The position numbers and the translations under genes are program-made. DNA of 64,000 bases from Octopus sinensis (Eukaryota): contig NC_042999.1 of assembly GCF_006345805.1 (NCBI RefSeq), forward strand, positions 4,216,001-4,280,000, given 5' to 3'. This document shows, one piece after another, positions 37,609 through 51,275 of this stretch. How positions within the stretch are numbered: position 1 is the first letter of the stretch; the number at the start of each line of letters is the position of its first letter. The notes beneath the pieces were generated by a model that was given only the letters and a program-made list of their open reading frames with translations, did no database searches and was not told the DNA's origin.

Positions 37609-37745
37609 AACATATATTGCATGTGTACCTAAATATAAATGTACACAGACATGCATGCACATATGTACATATATACATATATGTCTGTGTATCTGAGTGT
37701 GTGTTTCTGTGCATGCGCATATATAAATATGTAAGTATATATGAC
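37337..37745. repeat. Long degenerate TA/TG/TATG purine-pyrimidine microsatellite
   Basis: Direct reading. Confidence 0.9.
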
Positions 37746-38516
37746 AAAGAGAGATAACAAATGAGTGCAAAAAAAAACAACATATTTTAAAACAATATTC
37801 CAGATTATTCACAACAAACACAAGACTCTCATCTCTATAATTCATGGAGCTATCTGTTTACTACAATTTTTTCCATTGCTTTTCACATGCAGTGTTTATC
37901 CTTCAAGATAAAATCAGACGCAAATAGTTTACACTGAGAACAAACTTTACTTTGTTTACAAGTGTGTGTGTGTTGTATTTGTATAAATACAATTTCTATA
38001 AGTTAAGAGGAAGTAGGGGTTTATTATAAATTTTGGTAAATTATGCCCCAGCCACTGTGGTGTTATGATGTTTGTCACCTGGTCAGCTTCAATTCAGAAG
38101 ATAAAGATCATACTTAATGTCCCAATCATGATGTTAGTCTGTGGTTAAGAATCAAGCATTGTGAAGTGGATTTGGGAAACAGAATCTGAAAGATGCTTAA
38201 TATGTGTGTGTGTGTATGAGTATGTGCATGCATGTGAGTGTGTATATATGTGTGTGTTTGTATGTATGTATATAAGTATATATATGTATGCATATATGTA
38301 TGTGTATATATATGTGTTTTTGTATATATGTATATATAAAAAATAAATAAGTAACAATTGATGGACAGGTGTAAGTTCCTTACAGCTGTTTCTAACGAAT
38401 TTTTTAATTGATCCATGAGTACATTATATCATAATAAAGAAAGGTCTTCTTTGGATGAATGCATGAATTTCAGAATCAAAGACATATAAAAAAATTTTTC
38501 TAATCCATGGCACATA

Positions 38517-39342
38517 CAAGGTCTGATTAATAAGTATCCAGACTGTTGCCATAGTAACGAAGCTAAAGTATGCAGAGTGAAGCTGCTTGGCAAAGATTGA
38601 CCTTAAAATCTGCTGTGTGTATGCACTAATATTTTAGCTTACTTCCACTATTTACAGCAGTGCTTGGAAGGAAGGTGTGTAGCATGTGATTGTTGTATTG
38701 ACCATGACAGAGAAAGTTGTCTTGGTGATACCTGCTCAGAGGCTTACACAAAGTTGCAGAAAGTTTATAGAGAGGAGTGTATGAGCTACACACAAGTGTA
38801 TAAGTGGTTCAGATGTTTCCAAGACAGCCAAAAAATGTCGACATTGACGAACATTCTGGGAGACGTGCAACCAGCAGAACTGAGAAAAACATTGCAGATG
38901 TGTGGGCAGCTGTGAGGGGAAAATCATCGAATCACCATCTGTGAGTTATCAGAGGATGTGCAGATTAGTTACAGTTCAGTTCTGTCCATTATCACTGAAG
39001 ATTTGGATATGAGATGCATGTCTGCCAAGTTTGTGCCAAAACTGTTTTCAGCTGACCAAAATGACACTCGGGTTCAGTTGCACAAGATCTCCTTGATTGT
39101 GTCTCGAACGATGAAAGCGTTTTGAAAACTTTGCGTAGGCCTCTGAGCAGGTATCGCCAAGCTTTTGTCAAAATTTGATGCAGATTATCTGCTCAACTTT
39201 CTCTATCATAGTCAATGCGACGATCACATGCTACACACCTTCCATCCAAACACTGCTGTATACAGTGGAAGTGAGCTTTGTGCACATGTGCAGCAGAGTT
39301 CAAGCTCAATCTGTTCCAAGTAGCTTCACTCTGCTAGCTTTG
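38517..39342 (+). mobile_element. Mariner-family non-autonomous foldback derivative
   Basis: TA|CAAGGTCTGATTAATAAGTATCC TIR-like end; LGDTCSEAYTKLQKVYREECMSYTQVYKWF HTH and AKFVPKL linker; 39121-39342 is an inverted copy of 38557-38757. Confidence 0.85.
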
Positions 39343-40127
39343 CACTTACACAGACACATGAAATAAGATACCGCTTACTTGAAAAACAGGTAAAGGTTAG
39401 TGACAAGAAAAGCAATCCAGCTGTAAAACAAGGCTTCAATAATATATTCACCTAATTCATGCGAGCATGGAAAAATGGACATAAAAACAAATGAATATAT
39501 ATATCTGAGTAAATGTACCTGTGTGTTATTTAGAAATGGGTTTATAATTGGATCCCTTTTTATGCTGAAAATACGTGTGCAATCATTATCATCTTCATCT
39601 TTACATCTGCTTCTTTTTTCTTTTTTTTTTTTGTAGTTTGTTTTTTACCATACTGGCTTAGTTTAAGCAAATAATTGTTTATCTCTTTTAAAGCTTTTTC
39701 TTTTTCGTTTTTTTTTGATGCTTGAAAAATATTTGTGTTAGTTTCCTGAAATTGGGATGATAATCTATTAAGATTACCTTAAAATGCCTCTAAATAAAGT
39801 AATTCATACATACAAAATAACACAAGCAAATGCATTTCAGATATAGTGGTTTACTGAGAGACTTTTTAAATAACGTGATATTTTGGAGGTCAAAGGATTA
39901 CTGGAAAAAACTACTTCTTAGCATTTAGCATAAAAGAACAGGTTATGTGGCCTTTGCAAAATACAGGAACCAATGAGTAGCTAAAAGATTTCAGGATTTT
40001 GACAAAGATGGATTTGGAGAATATAATTGGGATTATCCAACAGAGTCAATTACTGTATAGCTTTTCAGTTTATAGGATTGACAATTCTTCAACCTTTTAT
40101 TCAAATTTAGTACTGTCTAGTAGAAGT

Positions 40128-40395
40128 GAAGACACATGGTTAAGTGATTAGGGTTTTTCAACTCTCAGCACATTATGTCCTTGAGCAAGACACTTTATTT
40201 CACATTGCTCCAGTCCTCTCAGCTGACAAAAAATTAGCAGTACCAGTATTTCAAAGGGCTGGCCTTTTAACATTCTGTGTCACGCTAAATTTCCCTGAGA
40301 ATTACATGTTCGGCCACTTGCATTAATTCCACAAGCAGGCTGTTCTGTTGATCAGATCAACTTGAACCTTCATCAACCGAGAGAGTGCCATTCAT
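40128..40395 (+). mobile_element. Old CORE-type SINE sharing its 3' half with the 50907-51275 family
   Basis: TGTCCTTGAGCAAGACACTTTATTTCAC CORE-like block, then GTATTTCAAAGGGCTGGCC..GCAGGCTGTTC. Confidence 0.65.
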
Positions 40396-41551
40396 AGTAG
40401 AAGTTAATGCCCTCAGCAATTCAAGTCAACAACCCCTACCTTCAATTCACACTTTGTAGTTACTTGACTTCCATTGCTAATGCCTTTTGGAAAAGAATGA
40501 ACACTGTAACTCACACTTCTGTGTGAAAAGAAGAAAAATAATATTTCAAATTTTATGTCTATGAGGATAAAGAAACAAAACAGAAAAACTCTAGTACTGT
40601 AACATCTCTAAGACATTATGACAGATTCTTAACAAGCTATATCTGAAAATGGATATGCTTTTAAAAAAAATATGTTGTCCAATATCTGATCTTGTTACTT
40701 CATGATTTTCTAAAATTATATTTTTTTCCAGAAAACTTTTATATAGGATACGGAGTTCATACATCTATATTACCTGTTCGTACATATGTGAATAACAATA
40801 TATATATAGAGAGAGGGGGATGTATGTATGTCTATAACAATATATATATATACATGTATATGTATATAAAGGTGTGTGTGTATGTATATTATGCATGGTG
40901 GTAGTAAGCTGGAGGAGTTTGATATATAGATTTTGAGGAATTTTACATTGTCAAAAAATATGGAATGAATGTGATAAGTTATGAGAAACTGTTAATTGAA
41001 AATAGAAAATCTGAATAAGATAAGAAGCTTCCAAGCAGAATTGTCTTCCTGAAAGGAAAATATTAATTACAATATAAATATTGATTTCTTCACAGACCTA
41101 AGGCTTCAGAATTATAGCAACAGAAACTAGGAGTCACGATATTCATACCTCTCCCAAATTCCCAAATACATCATTGACCAAACTATGTTAGCCACACCAA
41201 AAAAAAATTGGTTTGGAAAGATTATTCATTGGTATGATAACATGAGATATATGTGCAAATGTTGAAATTTCATATTTTCATTTGTTATCGTCTGAGCAAA
41301 ACAGTTGTGTGATATTTCCATTCTTTAATGACTTTACAACTGGTTGAAGACTTATAGAATAAAATAAACTCACTCACTTTAATAACAGGTAAGGTTTACT
41401 GCAATAAAATGGTCCTCATCCAGCCCATGCATTCTACTATTACACCAGCCAAAGTCTCGTGAGTGAACTTAGACAGAAGCTGAGAGAAACCCATTTATAA
41501 ATATATACATATATATGTGTGTGTGTGTGTGTGTGTGTACTGATTCTGCCA

Positions 41552-41952
41552 TGGCTGTGTGGTAAGTAGCTTGCTAACCAACCACATGGTTCTGGGTTCA
41601 GTCCCACTGCGTGGCATCTTGGGCAAGTGTCTTCTGCTATAGCCCCGGGCCGACCAATGCCTTGTGAGTGGATTTGGTAGACGGAAACTGAAAGAAGCCT
41701 GTCGTATATATGTATATATATATATGTATGTGTGTGTGTTTGTGTGTCTGTGTTTGTTCCCCTAGCATTGCTTGACAACCGATGCTGGTGTGTTTACGTC
41801 CCCGTCACTTAGCGGTTTGGCAAAAAGAGACCGATAGAATAAGTACTTTGCTTACAAAAAGATAAGTCCCGGGGTCGAGTTGCTCGACTAAAGGCGGTGC
41901 TCCAGCATGGCCGCAGTCAAATGACTGAAACAAGTAAAAGAGTAAAAGAGTA
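41552..41952 (+). mobile_element. Near full-length young CORE-type SINE
   Basis: Colinear with 20374-20764. Confidence 0.9.
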
Positions 41953-42364
41953 ACTTATTTTCTAGTATTGATATAAATTTATTAAGAATGGTTTATCCTT
42001 TATGTTGGAAATCTATATGGTCATCTATGCCAGAGGAGAGCGGTTTCTTTCAAATTGATGTAATATTTTCATTGATTGATTAAATGGAGCCACTCGAAAC
42101 AGCTGTAATGTATTGATACCTGCACATCCTTGTTACTTATTTACATTCTGTTCACCTAACTTGGAGCTGTGCAGACTATACCAAACTGACTTGGTGCCTC
42201 AATTTAAGTGCCTAATTCAACTGAATCTTAATTATAAAAAGCCTCATGATAGCAAAGGCTGCACCTGCCTACCTTGGTTGCTATGGCATTGAGGTAGATC
42301 CGGTCACCCCCATTAACAGGGGCAAAACCTGAATTTAAAACACTTGATGATGATGATATATATA

Positions 42365-42612
42365 TATGCATGTGTGTGTATTGCTATTTCCTTACCTTGA
42401 CATTGTATGACCATTGTAAGTGTCACTGTCATGCAAGTAATGTCCTTCATTTCCAATTTTCCATGAAAATGTGTCATGGGCAAATAGTACCTTACTTGGA
42501 AACAGGTGAAGACTTACAATAGAAAGAGCATTCATTCATAGAAAATTTGCCTTAACAAATTTCGTCTGTCTCGAGTAAACATGGAAAAGGGAATGTTAAA
42601 ACAATGATGAAA
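42365..42612 (+). mobile_element. RTE-like SINE tail, old
   Basis: CTTACTTGGAAACAGGTGA..CATGGAAAAGGGAATGTTAAAACAATGATG. Confidence 0.65.
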
Positions 42613-43216
42613 ACGGTGATTAGTATCGATAGTAGTATGGATGTGTAAATGGGGGTGTTGATATGCATATTTTAGAAATGATTAGCCTCTTGAATGCGAA
42701 ATCTCTTATTTGATTCCAAATATTTGAAAACAACTTCAACAATTTCCTAAAATCTTTTAGCCATTTACACAGCTGAAGGTGCTATATATTGATATCAATG
42801 TTCAAATTGAATTTTATTTTGTCTCCTTTCTGAAAATATATTAAAGAAAGTAAAATGCTTCAAGTAAAATTTTGTTTCTGCTTTTCTTTTAATATTTTCC
42901 ATTCACAAGCTGAAATGGTTATTATTCTCAGATTCTCAACTTTAACATCTTTCAACACTTCTGATTCATATAGGAAACTTTCTATAATATATAACATATG
43001 TAATTCAGAATTATTTGCCTGAATCTATGGCTTTTCAAAGTGTGCTGTGAAAAAATTATTTTGTTATGGAGTCGTAACAGACAAGATCAGAACTTTCAGG
43101 AAATTTAAAGGGAGAGAAAAATTGACAAAGTAAATTTGAATAAATAAGTTAATTAAACTTGAATAAATAAGTTCATTAAATTTGAATGAATAAATTTGTT
43201 CAGCTTAAACTTTAAT

Positions 43217-43660
43217 AATCCGATTATAGGCACAAAGACTGAAGTTTTAAGGGAAGAGGCTAGTTGATTACATTGACTCCAATGCCCAACTCATATCTAT
43301 TTCATTGGCCTGAAACAATAAGAGGCAAAGTAGACCTCAGTGGAATTTGAACTCAGAATGTAAATATGGATAAAATACCTATTTCTTTATTACCCAAAAA
43401 GGGCTAAACACAGAGAGGACAAACAAGGACAGACAAACGGATTAAGTCGATTATATCGACCCCAGTGCATAACTGGTACTTATTTAATCGACCCCGAAAG
43501 GATGAAAGGCAAAGTCGACCTCGGCGGAATTTGAACTGAGAATGTAACGGCAGACGAAATACGACTACGCATTTTGCCCGGCATGCTAACGATTCTGCCA
43601 GTGGATAAAATACCACTAAGCATTTTGTTCAGTGTGCTAATAATTCTGCCAGCTCACTAA
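43217..43660 (-). mobile_element. Old Meta-type SINE hosting a young copy of the same family
   Basis: Tail and body 43217-43379, head 43602-43660. Confidence 0.75.
43380..43601 (-). mobile_element. Young Meta-type SINE with Tx1-like tail
   Basis: 13-bp TSD TGGATAAAATACC at 43367-43379 and 43602-43614. Confidence 0.92.
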
Positions 43661-45771
43661 CTTCAGCTAAAATAAATTGACAAAGTAAATTTGAATAAAT
43701 AAGTTGATTAAACTTGAATAAATAAGTTGTTTAAAGTTGAATGAATAAATTTATTATGCTTAAAATCTAATTGTGATAATGATAACTGTAAGTATTGACA
43801 GCCATGTAGAAAATAGATAGAAGTGCTTGCTTAAGTGTGAAACATTTGTTTTATAAGAAACAGTTTGTACATTTGATGAACCACCAATGATGGAACTGTC
43901 ATATTGTCTCTCATTCTGTTATAAATAGCTGACAACTCTTCCTCAAATTACACTTTACTATCTGACACCAGGAAGAACACATTAGACTATGTTTTCATTA
44001 TATTAAATGTCTATGAAATAAAAGGTACTTGGAATGGTTGGAACACCTTTGACCCTATAGTGGCTAACCTGAGGTTAAATGATTGCAATTACTACATGTG
44101 GAGATGGGTATTTCAGATTTATATATATTATTTAGAAGTATATAAAGGTGAGCACATTTGATAAATAACGATGACCAATTTAGGTACATTACCAGCAATT
44201 TTAAAAGGAGGATGTTAATCAGTATCATTGACCCCAGTAGTTGACTGGTACTTTATTTTGTACCACTGCCCCCTTGATGAAAAAAAAATGATGCAAAGTA
44301 AAGTTGACTTCAACATGATTTGAAGAGAGGCAGAACAAATTCTGCCAAGCATTTTATCCATTGCTCTAATGATTTTGCTAATTTGCTACCTTTAATGACA
44401 GCATTTTTATGTGTAGGGTCCTTATTTTTTTGTGCCTTGCTTCACTTCTCTATGTAAAATAGCTTCACAGATTTTGTAGTAACACTATCTGTAAAAGACT
44501 TGACATTCTCTCCTCATGATTTCTCTCTTACTCTCTCACCAATTTTAAATCTATGAAATCCATTGCTAAGCACCGACTTTATGATGCCTTAAAGTCTATG
44601 GAGACATCATATTCATATTTAAATTCAGAGAAGCGGTATACTATAAATTTGCAATGTTCCATCATAAAATATTTTATGCTTGTTTTCTGTTGCGGTATTT
44701 ATGCCAGCTTTCATGATAGATATTTAAAAAAAACAAACCCACCTTGATGGAATTTAAACTTTGGCAGCAAGGAGGTTCAAACAAATATTACAATTATTAA
44801 TTAGGCCATAATAAAACACCTTATTTCTATTGCAGTATCTATCTTCCATTTCTTTCCTAATGGTATTTCCCGTGTTCATTAAATTTTGTACTTCCTTCCA
44901 TTTATTATTTTATGTTATTGTAAATCTGACAGGCCTAAAACATAGTAATTGGAGCGTAAACAGGGAATAATCTTTACTTTCGAAGAAACAGTGTTGATGT
45001 GACTCTGCAACCTCAATTTTCATAGACTTGTGTTCATTTCTTGAAGTTTTAGCTGTAACATAAAAATCAATATATTTCTCTTTATGACAAAACAACCACA
45101 CACCCCACCAAACAACAAAAACAGAAACTACATTACAGTTTTACTGGTATTAAAAGAAATCTTTATTAAGTCAGAAAGAGAATTTTAAGCTTCTATTTCT
45201 CAACAGAAATAAATGTGTATACATCAGTGTATATATACATTCACACACATATATATATATACATGAGTGTTTGTGTATATATGTGAGTGTGTGTGTATAT
45301 ATATATATATATTTATATATGCAGACACACATACTGGAATGTATGCACACATGAACAAACATCTATAAAGTGACTTCTGTACCGTTTTGAAACATGGCAG
45401 CTTATTAATGTTAATGTACAGAAAGAATAATGGAAAAACTGCCAGATTTCATTACAATCAAATAACATTTTAAACCTAAAATTTGTAAACAGTTTACTTA
45501 GATAAAGTTTAGTATTAAAATGCACATTTTTGTGCCCCAACAAAATTGAATTGTTCAAAGTAAAACTTTTATTATAAAAATAGTTTGACACTTGCAACCA
45601 TAAAGTTTTATAGTCAACATACACACAAGCAGAGACTATACAACTATGTGTATGTGTGCATGTATGCATGTGTGTAGGAATGTGTCCTAGTGCTAACTTG
45701 CTATCTTAAAGATAGTATATTTGGTATCAGTATGTATTTATAGGATATGTATGTGTGTGTGTGTGTGTGTG

Positions 45772-45826
<55 letters not shown>

Positions 45827-45934
45827 CTATACACATATATACATATATACACACACATGCAATTTCAGTAAGTGTATTCATTAAAATGCATGCTCATGGC
45901 TATATTGACTTTTAGGGTACTAAAATTTTGTAAT

Positions 45935-46476
45935 GAATAATAATAATAGTTTCAAATTTTGGCACAAGGCCAGCAATTTTGGGTAACCCCTATGCTCAAC
46001 TGATACTTGTTTTATTGACCCTGAAAGTATGAAAGGCAAGGTCAAACTTGGCAGAATTTGAACTCAGAACATAAAGACAGATGAAGTGCCGCTAAGCATT
46101 TTAGCCAGCATGCTAGAGATTCTGCCAGCTCACTAACTTGCCATAATAATAATAATAATGGTTTCGGATTTTGGCACAAGGCCAGCAATTTTAGAGAAAG
46201 GCTTACATTCATTACTCCGTCCCCAATGCTAAACTGGTATTTATTTTATCAAACCTGAGAGGGTGGAAGGCAAAATCAACCACAGCATAATTTGAGCTCA
46301 GAATGTAAAGAGCCAGAAGAAATGCCATGAAGCGCTTTGTCTGACACACTTATAATTCTCACCATTTTACTAATACCACTGTTACTACTACTACTAATAA
46401 TAATAATAGTAATAAAACTTATTGTTGGGAAGACACTCAGCAAGAAATGGAAACAAAATTGAAAGAAGAAAAACTG

Positions 46477-46525
<49 letters not shown>

Positions 46526-46700
46526 GGTGGTGAGCTGGCAGAATTGTTTGCATGCTGGCCAAAATGCTTAGCAGTATTTCAGCCATTGTTATGTTCTGAG
46601 TTGAAATTCTGCTGAGGTTGACTTTGCCATTCATCCTTTCAAGGTCGATAAATTATGTACCAGTGAAACACTGGGGTTGATGTAATCAACTAGTCCCCTC
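45935..46700. mobile_element. Cluster of three old Meta-type SINEs (two minus, one plus) separated by (AAT)n/(TTA)n
   Basis: Copies at ~45945-46143 (-), ~46157-46365 (-) and ~46523-46700 (+). Confidence 0.75.
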
Positions 46701-46748
46701 TAGTGTGTGTGTGTGTGTGTGTGCACGCGCGCATGTATGTATGCATAT

Positions 46749-47020
46749 GTGCCAGACGGAGCTGGCAAACGGCCACGAATGGATGGCATGTAAAAGCACC
46801 ATCCGTCCGTGGCCGTTTGCCAGCTCCGTCTGGCACCTGTGCAGGTGGCACGCAAAAAGCACCCACTACACTCGCAGAGTGGTTGGCGTTAGGAAGGGCA
46901 TCCAGCTGTAGAAACACTGCCAGATCAGACTGGGCCTGATGCAGCCTTCTGGCTTCACAGACCCCAGTTGAACCGTCCAACCCATGCTAGCATGGAAAAC
47001 AAACGCTAAATGATGATGAT
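46749..47020 (+). mobile_element. Young RTE 3' UTR fragment
   Basis: Reverse complement of 26157-26400; ends CCCATGCTAGCATGGAAAAC..TAAA(TGA)n. Confidence 0.85.
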
Positions 47021-48121
47021 ATGTGTCATGGTGTTTATGTTTACCCAGCACCACTTGACAAGTGGGGCTGGTTCATTTGCATTCCCCAACTTAGCAGATT
47101 GGCAAAAGAGATCTTTAGAATAAATACCAAACTTAAAATAACTACTGGAGTTGAGTGGTTTGAAGAGAATCATAAAAAGCAATGCTGCAGCATAGCTGCT
47201 CTCCAATGACTGAAACAAGTAAAAGAGTATTTTACATCAAAGGAGAAATTAGCTCAATTGTTCACTGCTGTATTATCTCTTTGTAGTGAGATTATTTAAC
47301 ACATTTATAGATCACATGACAATCACCCAGGATTACAGAAACAAAAAAAAAATGTTGATGTTTTCTCTAGTAGTCATTTATCTATTTGTTTCAACTTACC
47401 AGAAATAGCATTTATACTTTTATCTATAGGTTTGCTATTTCCTCTGTTCAATAATATATACTAATAAAAACAATATAAAAATCTACCAGTTGTGTCGTAT
47501 TGATTTCTTTCTACTTAGTCTTACCCCCCAAAAACCATGTTCTCTAAACTCATCTTGCTTCAGTTATCAATAGCCATCACTCCAACCTGTGCCTCACTAA
47601 TTTAGTATTGTCTCTTTCCATACATAAAGTCTAGAATATTTTACATTGTACCTATTTCAGAAATAGAACTTGAAACAAGACAAGGAAGAAAAGAGGAATA
47701 TTCTCAAGTTATTGTTCTTGTTTGACATCATTTGATCACTTATTGAAAATGAACTTTGTTCTTTATTTCTTTGATATTCTTTTAGTGAGTATCTTGTCAA
47801 ACAAGCAACTTAATGTCAACAGAAAAATTTAGCCCAGTGAGGCGCTGAGATTTTTAGGCTGAACACATATACATACATACATGCATACATACATATATAC
47901 ATACATACACATGTATGTATGTATATATACATATACATATATCTATACATGTATACACACACACACACACACACACACAGATGAGCACATAAGTGCAAAA
48001 TAACGTGGTAAAAATAGTACTCGAATACCAAAAGTAGAGTAATATCCTTTAATTAGAGCTGCAAAATTATCACAAAAACTCTTTTTGTGATAAGTTTGCA
48101 GCTTTAATAAAAGTATATATA

Positions 48122-48286
48122 GGTGCAGGAGTGGCTGTGTGGTAAGTAGCTTGCTTACAAACCACATGGTTCCAGGTTCAGTCTCACTGCGTGACATCTT
48201 GGGCAAGTGTCTTCTGCTATAGCCCTGGGCCGACCAAAGCCTTGTGAGTGGATTTGGCAGACGGAAACTGAAAGAAGCCTGTCGTA

Positions 48287-48329
<43 letters not shown>

Positions 48330-48540
48330 TGTGTGTCTGTGTTTGTCCCCCTAGCATTGCTTGACAACCGATGCTGGTGTGTTTAGGTCTCCGTCACTTA
48401 GCGATTCGGCAAAAGAGACCGATAGAATAAGTACTGGGCTTACAAAGAATAAGTCCCGGGGTCGATTTGGTCGACTAAAGGCGGTGCTCCAACATGGCCG
48501 CAGTCAAAATGACTGAAACAAATAAAGGAGTAAAGGAGTA
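48122..48540 (+). mobile_element. Full-length young CORE-type SINE
   Basis: Colinear with 20374-20764. Confidence 0.9.
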
Positions 48541-48854
48541 TATAAAAGTACAAACACATCCTCATTTTAATGTCTACATTTCCATGTTTACATAGATATA
48601 AATGTGGATACTAAAATGAGGAAGACATATCTTTTCATCTTACTTTCCTTCATCCCCTACCCACATTCATTACATCCACTTCTACTTTCTCTCCCCTCTC
48701 AGTTATAGGGGCCACATTAGGTCCCTTAACCTTGCAACTTATGAGACAAACATCACTAGTGCTAGTGTCACAAAAAATGCACCCAGTACACTTTGTAAAA
48801 GCGGTTATTGTTAGGAAAGGCATCTAGCTGTAGAAACCATGTCAAAGTAGACAT

Positions 48855-49107
48855 CTCTTGTGAAGGGTAGGAGAGTCCAGTTTGCTGGACATTGTTGTAG
48901 AGCTGAAAAAAAAGTAATTTCTACTCTTCTCCTCTGGAAGCCATCTACTCGCAATACCAGAGGGCGCACACTCTCCTACCCTGATGTAATCTCCAGGGAT
49001 ACAGGCATCCAGCAACAGGACCTCCGTAATGCCATGATGGACCGTGAAGTCTGGCGTAGCATGGTAAATTCCATTGTCTCGACCAAGGTCGAACAATGAT
49101 GATGATG
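48855..49107 (+). mobile_element. Young 5'-truncated RTE LINE (second family) nested in an old RTE 3' UTR (48760-49226)
   Basis: RRVQFAGHCCRAE..LLLWKPS..YPDVISRDTG..AMMDREVWR; stop merges into (TGA)n; TSD AGACAT at 48849-48854 and 49108-49113. Confidence 0.88.
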
Positions 49108-50254
49108 AGACATTGAAGCATGACACATAGTTCCAACTCATCAGATCCTATCAAACCATCCACCCATGCCAACATGTAAGATGGATGTTAAATAATGGTG
49201 ATGATGATGATGATGATGATGATGATATACATTTAGTGTGAGTGTATGCGTGTGTTTATATATAATAATATGTATATAAAATGTGTATTTTCTTTCTTTT
49301 CTTTCATCAGCTGAAGTGACTGAAAACGTCATACTTTATTCAATTTTTTTTTTTTTCACTGCTGCATATCCTTTCAAGAATTTACCTAATCAGATTGCTT
49401 CCTAATTTTTAGTTAAATAAGATGATTAAATAAACTCTCTGAATAAAAAATTAATTTTATTTAGAAATATTATTTAATCGTTATTTTTTTTCTTCCTTCA
49501 TTTCTATCTTCTTTCTTTTTCTTTGAAATTGCTTGGCTTCAATCACTGTGCTTTAAAGAAAAATAAAACAAAATTTGCCTCCTAATCATAACAAAACCAC
49601 ATTTATACCATATTATGTCAATTCCTGTATCATTATTAGAAATTGAATGCTAAGAGTTTGGAGCTATAGATCCCTGGTTCAAACTGTACAATGAAGACAA
49701 GGACTAACAATATATCTTTATCAAAGTACATGCCTTTCTGTACCGTTTCCTTCCTGTTATAAATTTACTTAGTAACATCAAAAATGGGCACCAAAGTGAC
49801 AAAATCTATCATTGTTTATTCAACAACAATATCTTCCGATAACCAACTTAATCTTGACGACAAACTATACAAATAGATAAGCATTCACCCGAAGCTGGTG
49901 TATTAGAGTTTGTCCTATATGTTATAGCATTGTTCTTAGAACATAGAACTAAATCTGTGTTTATTCATTGTTTCCTATTACCATTTTCGATATACATAAT
50001 ATTTCAGAAATCATTGTTTATTAAACACATTTTCTGAAATGAATTTTTTTTTTTTATTAAAATTTCTATAGGAAATAGAAGACAATAATCATAGATTGAA
50101 ACAAAAGAATATTTTTATCACTTTGCCGAACGTCTTTGCTGGAAAACAAAAGACTAATAAGCAACCTGATGAATATTTTATTAATTTATTTTATTGATAG
50201 TTTGCTTTCAAGATGAATGCAATTTATGAATTGCATTATCTTCTTCAATGAACA

Positions 50255-50451
<197 letters not shown>

Positions 50452-50906
50452 AGGCAACAAGCCAGCAGAATCATTAGAGCACCAAACACAATGCTTTGCA
50501 ATAACTGCCCCTCACATTCTGTGTTCAACTCTCACAGTCGTTAACTTTGCCTTTCAACCTTTAAAAATATAAAAAACAGTCAGTCTAAGAACTAAAGTCA
50601 ATCTTTGCACAAATTTCATTCCTTCCTACAAATTTCATTCTTTGTACATAGATCAGTGGTATTGATTGCCCTTTTCCCTTGAAAATTGATGGCCTTGTGC
50701 CTAAATTAGAAGCAGTGGTTACTGTTGCAATACAGTTGAACACTGTGGCCGATGTGATCCCAAAATTGCTGGCCTTGTGCCAAAATCTAAAACCCCTCAG
50801 TCTCTTTTGCCAAACTATTAAGTGACAAGAATATAAATACACCAAGACTAGTTGTCAAACAGTGATGGGGGACAAGCACAGACACAAAGACACACACTTA
50901 TATACA

Positions 50907-51275
50907 TGGATGGATGGAAGCACTCCATCAGTTACGACGACGAGGGTTCTGGTTGATCCGAATCAGCGGAACAGCCTGCTCGTGAAATTAACGTGTAAGT
51001 GGCTGAGCACTCCACAGACACGTGTACCCTTAACGTAGTTCTCGGGGATATTCAGCATGACACAGAGAGTGACAAGGCCAGCCCTTTGAAATACAGGTAC
51101 AACAGAAACAGGAAGTAAGAGTGAGGGAAAGTTGTGGTGAAAGAGGGATCACCACCATCCCCTGCTGGAGCCTCGTGGAGCTTTAGGTGTTTTCGCTCAA
51201 TAAACACTCACAACGCCTGGTCTGGGAATCAAAACCGCGAGTCCGCTGCCCTAACCACTGGGCCATTGCGCCTCC
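50907..51275 (-). mobile_element. Full-length tRNA-derived SINE (third family), (TCCA)n tail
   Basis: Minus GGAGGCGCAATGGCCCAGTGGTTAGGGC A box, GGTTTTGATTCCC B-box-like; TSD ACTTATATACA on both flanks. Confidence 0.9.

Noticed and set aside
37250-37845. Long overlapping ORFs rich in Y/I/H/T/C/V
   Set aside because: Translations of TA/TG/CA microsatellites; the same applies to 34868-35190, 50208-50544 and 58460-58788
38360-38400. GAAACAGCTGTA hammerhead 3' half (minus strand; also plus strand at ~42097)
   Set aside because: No recognisable CUGANGA core or stem II in register; at most very decayed Penelope remnants
51200-51275. tRNA gene
   Set aside because: A/B boxes are present but there is no complete cloverleaf; it continues into a SINE body with TSD
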